A DNA stretch of 64,000 bases. It comes from an uncultured Hyphomicrobiales bacterium. Lineage in GTDB: Bacteria; Bacteroidota; Ignavibacteria; Kapaibacteriales; UBA2268. The notes under the pieces are model-generated. The model was given only the letters and a program-made list of their open reading frames with translations. It was not told the origin of the DNA and ran no database searches. Numbering within the stretch: position 1 is the stretch's first letter; every line of letters begins with the position of its first letter. The translations under genes and the position numbers were made by a program. Below are positions 63,134-64,000 of this stretch, in pieces. The stretch covers positions 63,074 to 127,073 of the forward strand of contig CAYVVD010000007.1 of assembly GCA_964454975.1 (NCBI GenBank), read 5' to 3'.

Positions 63134-64000
63134 ATGGATATGAGCGAAAATTTCTACGACTTTGAATTCAAGGCATTTGACGAGATGACTCCGGAAGATT
63201 TTGCCCGCGTAGGCTTTAAATCCGGCCTTGAAGTACACCAGCAATTATTGACCGACAGGAAGCTGTTCTGCCGCTGCCCTGCCGGGAAATATACCCATGA
63301 ATATGATGCGGAAATTCTGCGCCACATGCGCCCGACTCTCTCCGAACTCGGCGAGTACGATGGTACGGCGCTCATGGAATTCAAAACCAAAAAGAATATT
63401 ATATACAGGATACACCACGAGTCGGTCTGTACTTATGAAATGGACGACACACCTCCATTCATGATAAATGACCAGGCCCTGGACATTGCCCTGGAAATCG
63501 GCCTGCTCCAGGATTCTACAATCGTGGATGAACTCCACATTGCCCGCAAGCAGTACCTGGACGGCTCTATCCCTACCGGCTTCCAGCGGACTGCAATCGT
63601 GAGCGTGGGCGGGCGGATTCCCTATAAGGACAGGTATATCAATATGATTCAGATGTCCATAGAGGAAGATTCCTGCCGAGAGGAAAGCGATATAGGCCAC
63701 GACCGTATTTATATAACCGACCGGCTTGGTATGCCGCTCATCGAAACCGTTACGCATCCTGAAATGAAAACTCCGGTGGAAGTTGCCGAGGTATGCGAAA
63801 TTATACGCAGGTTGTCACGTAGCACCGGCAAAGTGCGCACTGGAATCGGAGCAGGAAGAGAGGACGTTAACGTAAGCGTAGAAGGTGGCACAAGGGTTGA
63901 AATCAAAGGTGTGCCCCGCATCAAGGAAATCCCCCTGCTTACTTATAACGAGGCAATGCGCCAGTGGAATCTGCTCAGGCTCCGCGAGGAACTAAAAAGG
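63134..64000 (+). CDS. gatE: Glu-tRNA(Gln) amidotransferase subunit E, archaeal type; partial, runs off right edge (ATG 63134 or 63140)
   Basis: Hand-translated stop-free frame: GLEVHQQL, LFCRCP, RHMRPTLSELGEYD, RKQYLDGSIPTGFQRTA, EEDSCR, DRLGMPLIE, STGKVRTGIG..REDVNVSV.GG.RVEIKGV; missing from ORF track because no stop codon. Confidence 0.88.
   Translation, partial: MDMSENFYDFEFKAFDEMTPEDFARVGFKSGLEVHQQLLTDRKLFCRCPAGKYTHEYDAEILRHMRPTLSELGEYDGTALMEFKTKKNIIYRIHHESVCTYEMDDTPPFMINDQALDIALEIGLLQDSTIVDELHIARKQYLDGSIPTGFQRTAIVSVGGRIPYKDRYINMIQMSIEEDSCREESDIGHDRIYITDRLGMPLIETVTHPEMKTPVEVAEVCEIIRRLSRSTGKVRTGIGAGREDVNVSVEGGTRVEIKGVPRIKEIPLLTYNEAMRQWNLLRLREELKR

Noticed and set aside
63245-63757. 170-aa minus-strand ORF
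   Set aside because: Shadow of the gatE frame; no recognisable motifs.
63134-64000. Annotating the terminal ORF as gatB
   Set aside because: GatB signature motifs are absent and GatE-specific motifs are present.

Overview
Chromosomal window from an FCB-group bacterium, most likely Candidatus Kapabacteria/Ignavibacteria-like. This is an inference from seven T9SS C-terminal-domain cargo genes, Bacteroidota-type TAnnTTTG promoter elements, kdsB, DUF1800/DUF1501 and flagellins. Housekeeping genes (pheS, crcB, ychF, kdsB, trkAH, nfeD-slipin, cytochrome c peroxidase, tRNA-His) are interleaved with four loci that deserve follow-up. (1) An uncharacterised 12-gene co-directional operon at 19.8-32.1 kb: three DJ-1/PfpI paralogues, a ThDP enzyme, tandem EthD, VOC, ankyrin, SnoaL, a tandem muconolactone-isomerase-like protein, an MBL hydrolase, GlgX and an AGE-epimerase-STAS fusion. 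(2) An intact phage terminase large subunit and a TerS-like gene, split by crcB, with no other phage genes in the window. (3) An operon at 45.2-50.8 kb encoding a GldM/PorM-like membrane-anchored protein and two paralogous beta-barrels, followed by a VWA-OmpA gene. (4) An archaeal-type gatE that runs off the right edge and is absent from the ORF track. There is also an isolated tandem flagellin pair with a divergent TLR5-epitope region. No CRISPR array, rRNA, transposase or integrase was seen. All family calls come from motif recognition by eye; no database search was run.
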